From Candidatus Methylomirabilota bacterium (GTDB lineage Bacteria; Methylomirabilota; Methylomirabilia; Rokubacteriales; CSP1-6), in NCBI GenBank assembly GCA_046726415.1, contig JBKPAK010000158.1, positions 1-15,220 on the forward strand: a DNA stretch of 15,220 nucleotides, written 5' to 3'. Positions within the stretch are counted from its first letter, which is position 1. Each line of letters starts with the position of its first letter. The notes beneath the pieces are model-generated. The model made no database searches. It saw only the letters and a program-made list of their open reading frames with translations, and was not told the DNA's origin. This document shows positions 14,876 through 15,220 of this stretch, piece after piece. The position numbers were made by a program, and so were the translations under genes.

Positions 14876-15220
14876 GAGCGGGCCTCCCGCGACGCGCCAC
14901 CCAGACGACCACCCCGAGCACGACGGTGGATACGAGCAAGGTGGAGACGACGGCGATGACGGGGTCGGATTCGAGGCGGATGCTCTCGTACATTTTCTTG
15001 GGCAAGGTTGCGGCACCGCGGCCAGCGATGAACAGCGCCACCACTGCCTCGTTGAACGAGGACAGAAAGGCGAAGAGCGCGCCGACCAGCATGCCGGGCC
15101 GCAGCACCGGCAGGGTCACGTGCAGGAACGTGCGCAGGGGTCCGGCGCCTGCGCTCATGGCCGCCCGCTCGAGGTTCCGGTCGAATCCCTTGAGGCTGGC
15201 CGCGATCACCAGGAAGGCGA
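14865..15220 (-). CDS. ABC transporter permease, PotC-like, 5'-partial
   Basis: EAA-loop variant D.NLERAAMSAGA.P.RTF..VTLP...PG...GALFAF..SFNE, TLP..M...I.....P.IA.VST. Frame is open to the window edge. Confidence 0.92.
   Translation of the reverse strand, partial: AFLVIAASLKGFDRNLERAAMSAGAGPLRTFLHVTLPVLRPGMLVGALFAFLSSFNEAVVALFIAGRGAATLPKKMYESIRLESDPVIAVVSTLLVSTVVLGVVVWVARRGRPAHVA

Noticed and set aside
12707-14959. 750-aa plus-strand ORF (also 11500-12849)
   Set aside because: Antisense shadow of the acyl-CoA ligase and ATPase genes in high-GC DNA; no motifs.

Overview
High-GC bacterial window of about 16 metabolic and transport genes. The gene repertoire and the family-5 solute-binding protein resemble Ca. 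Rokubacteria/Methylomirabilota, but this is recall and unverified. Left to right: 3' end of an enolase-superfamily dehydratase; PPi-dependent phosphofructokinase; DUF3159-like membrane protein; a scar region (3 x 35-bp tandem repeat plus two gene remnants); a signal-peptide-bearing SAM methyltransferase; a CinA-like/HxGH nucleotidyltransferase fusion; a VOC protein; two Gfo/Idh/MocA oxidoreductases preceded by a relic of a sugar-ABC permease; an LLM (Rv2161c-type) oxidoreductase; an orphan family-5 solute-binding protein with a near-consensus promoter; and a minus-strand operon of PotC-like permease, ADP-forming acyl-CoA synthetase, PotA-like ATPase and an alanine-racemase-family enzyme. The best lead is that enzyme. 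It keeps the PLP lysine but has replaced the second catalytic base (Tyr265 to Glu) and the pyridine-N partner (Arg219 to Asp), so it is probably not a racemase and may define an undescribed uptake-and-catabolism pathway. No mobile element, CRISPR array, tRNA or rRNA was found.
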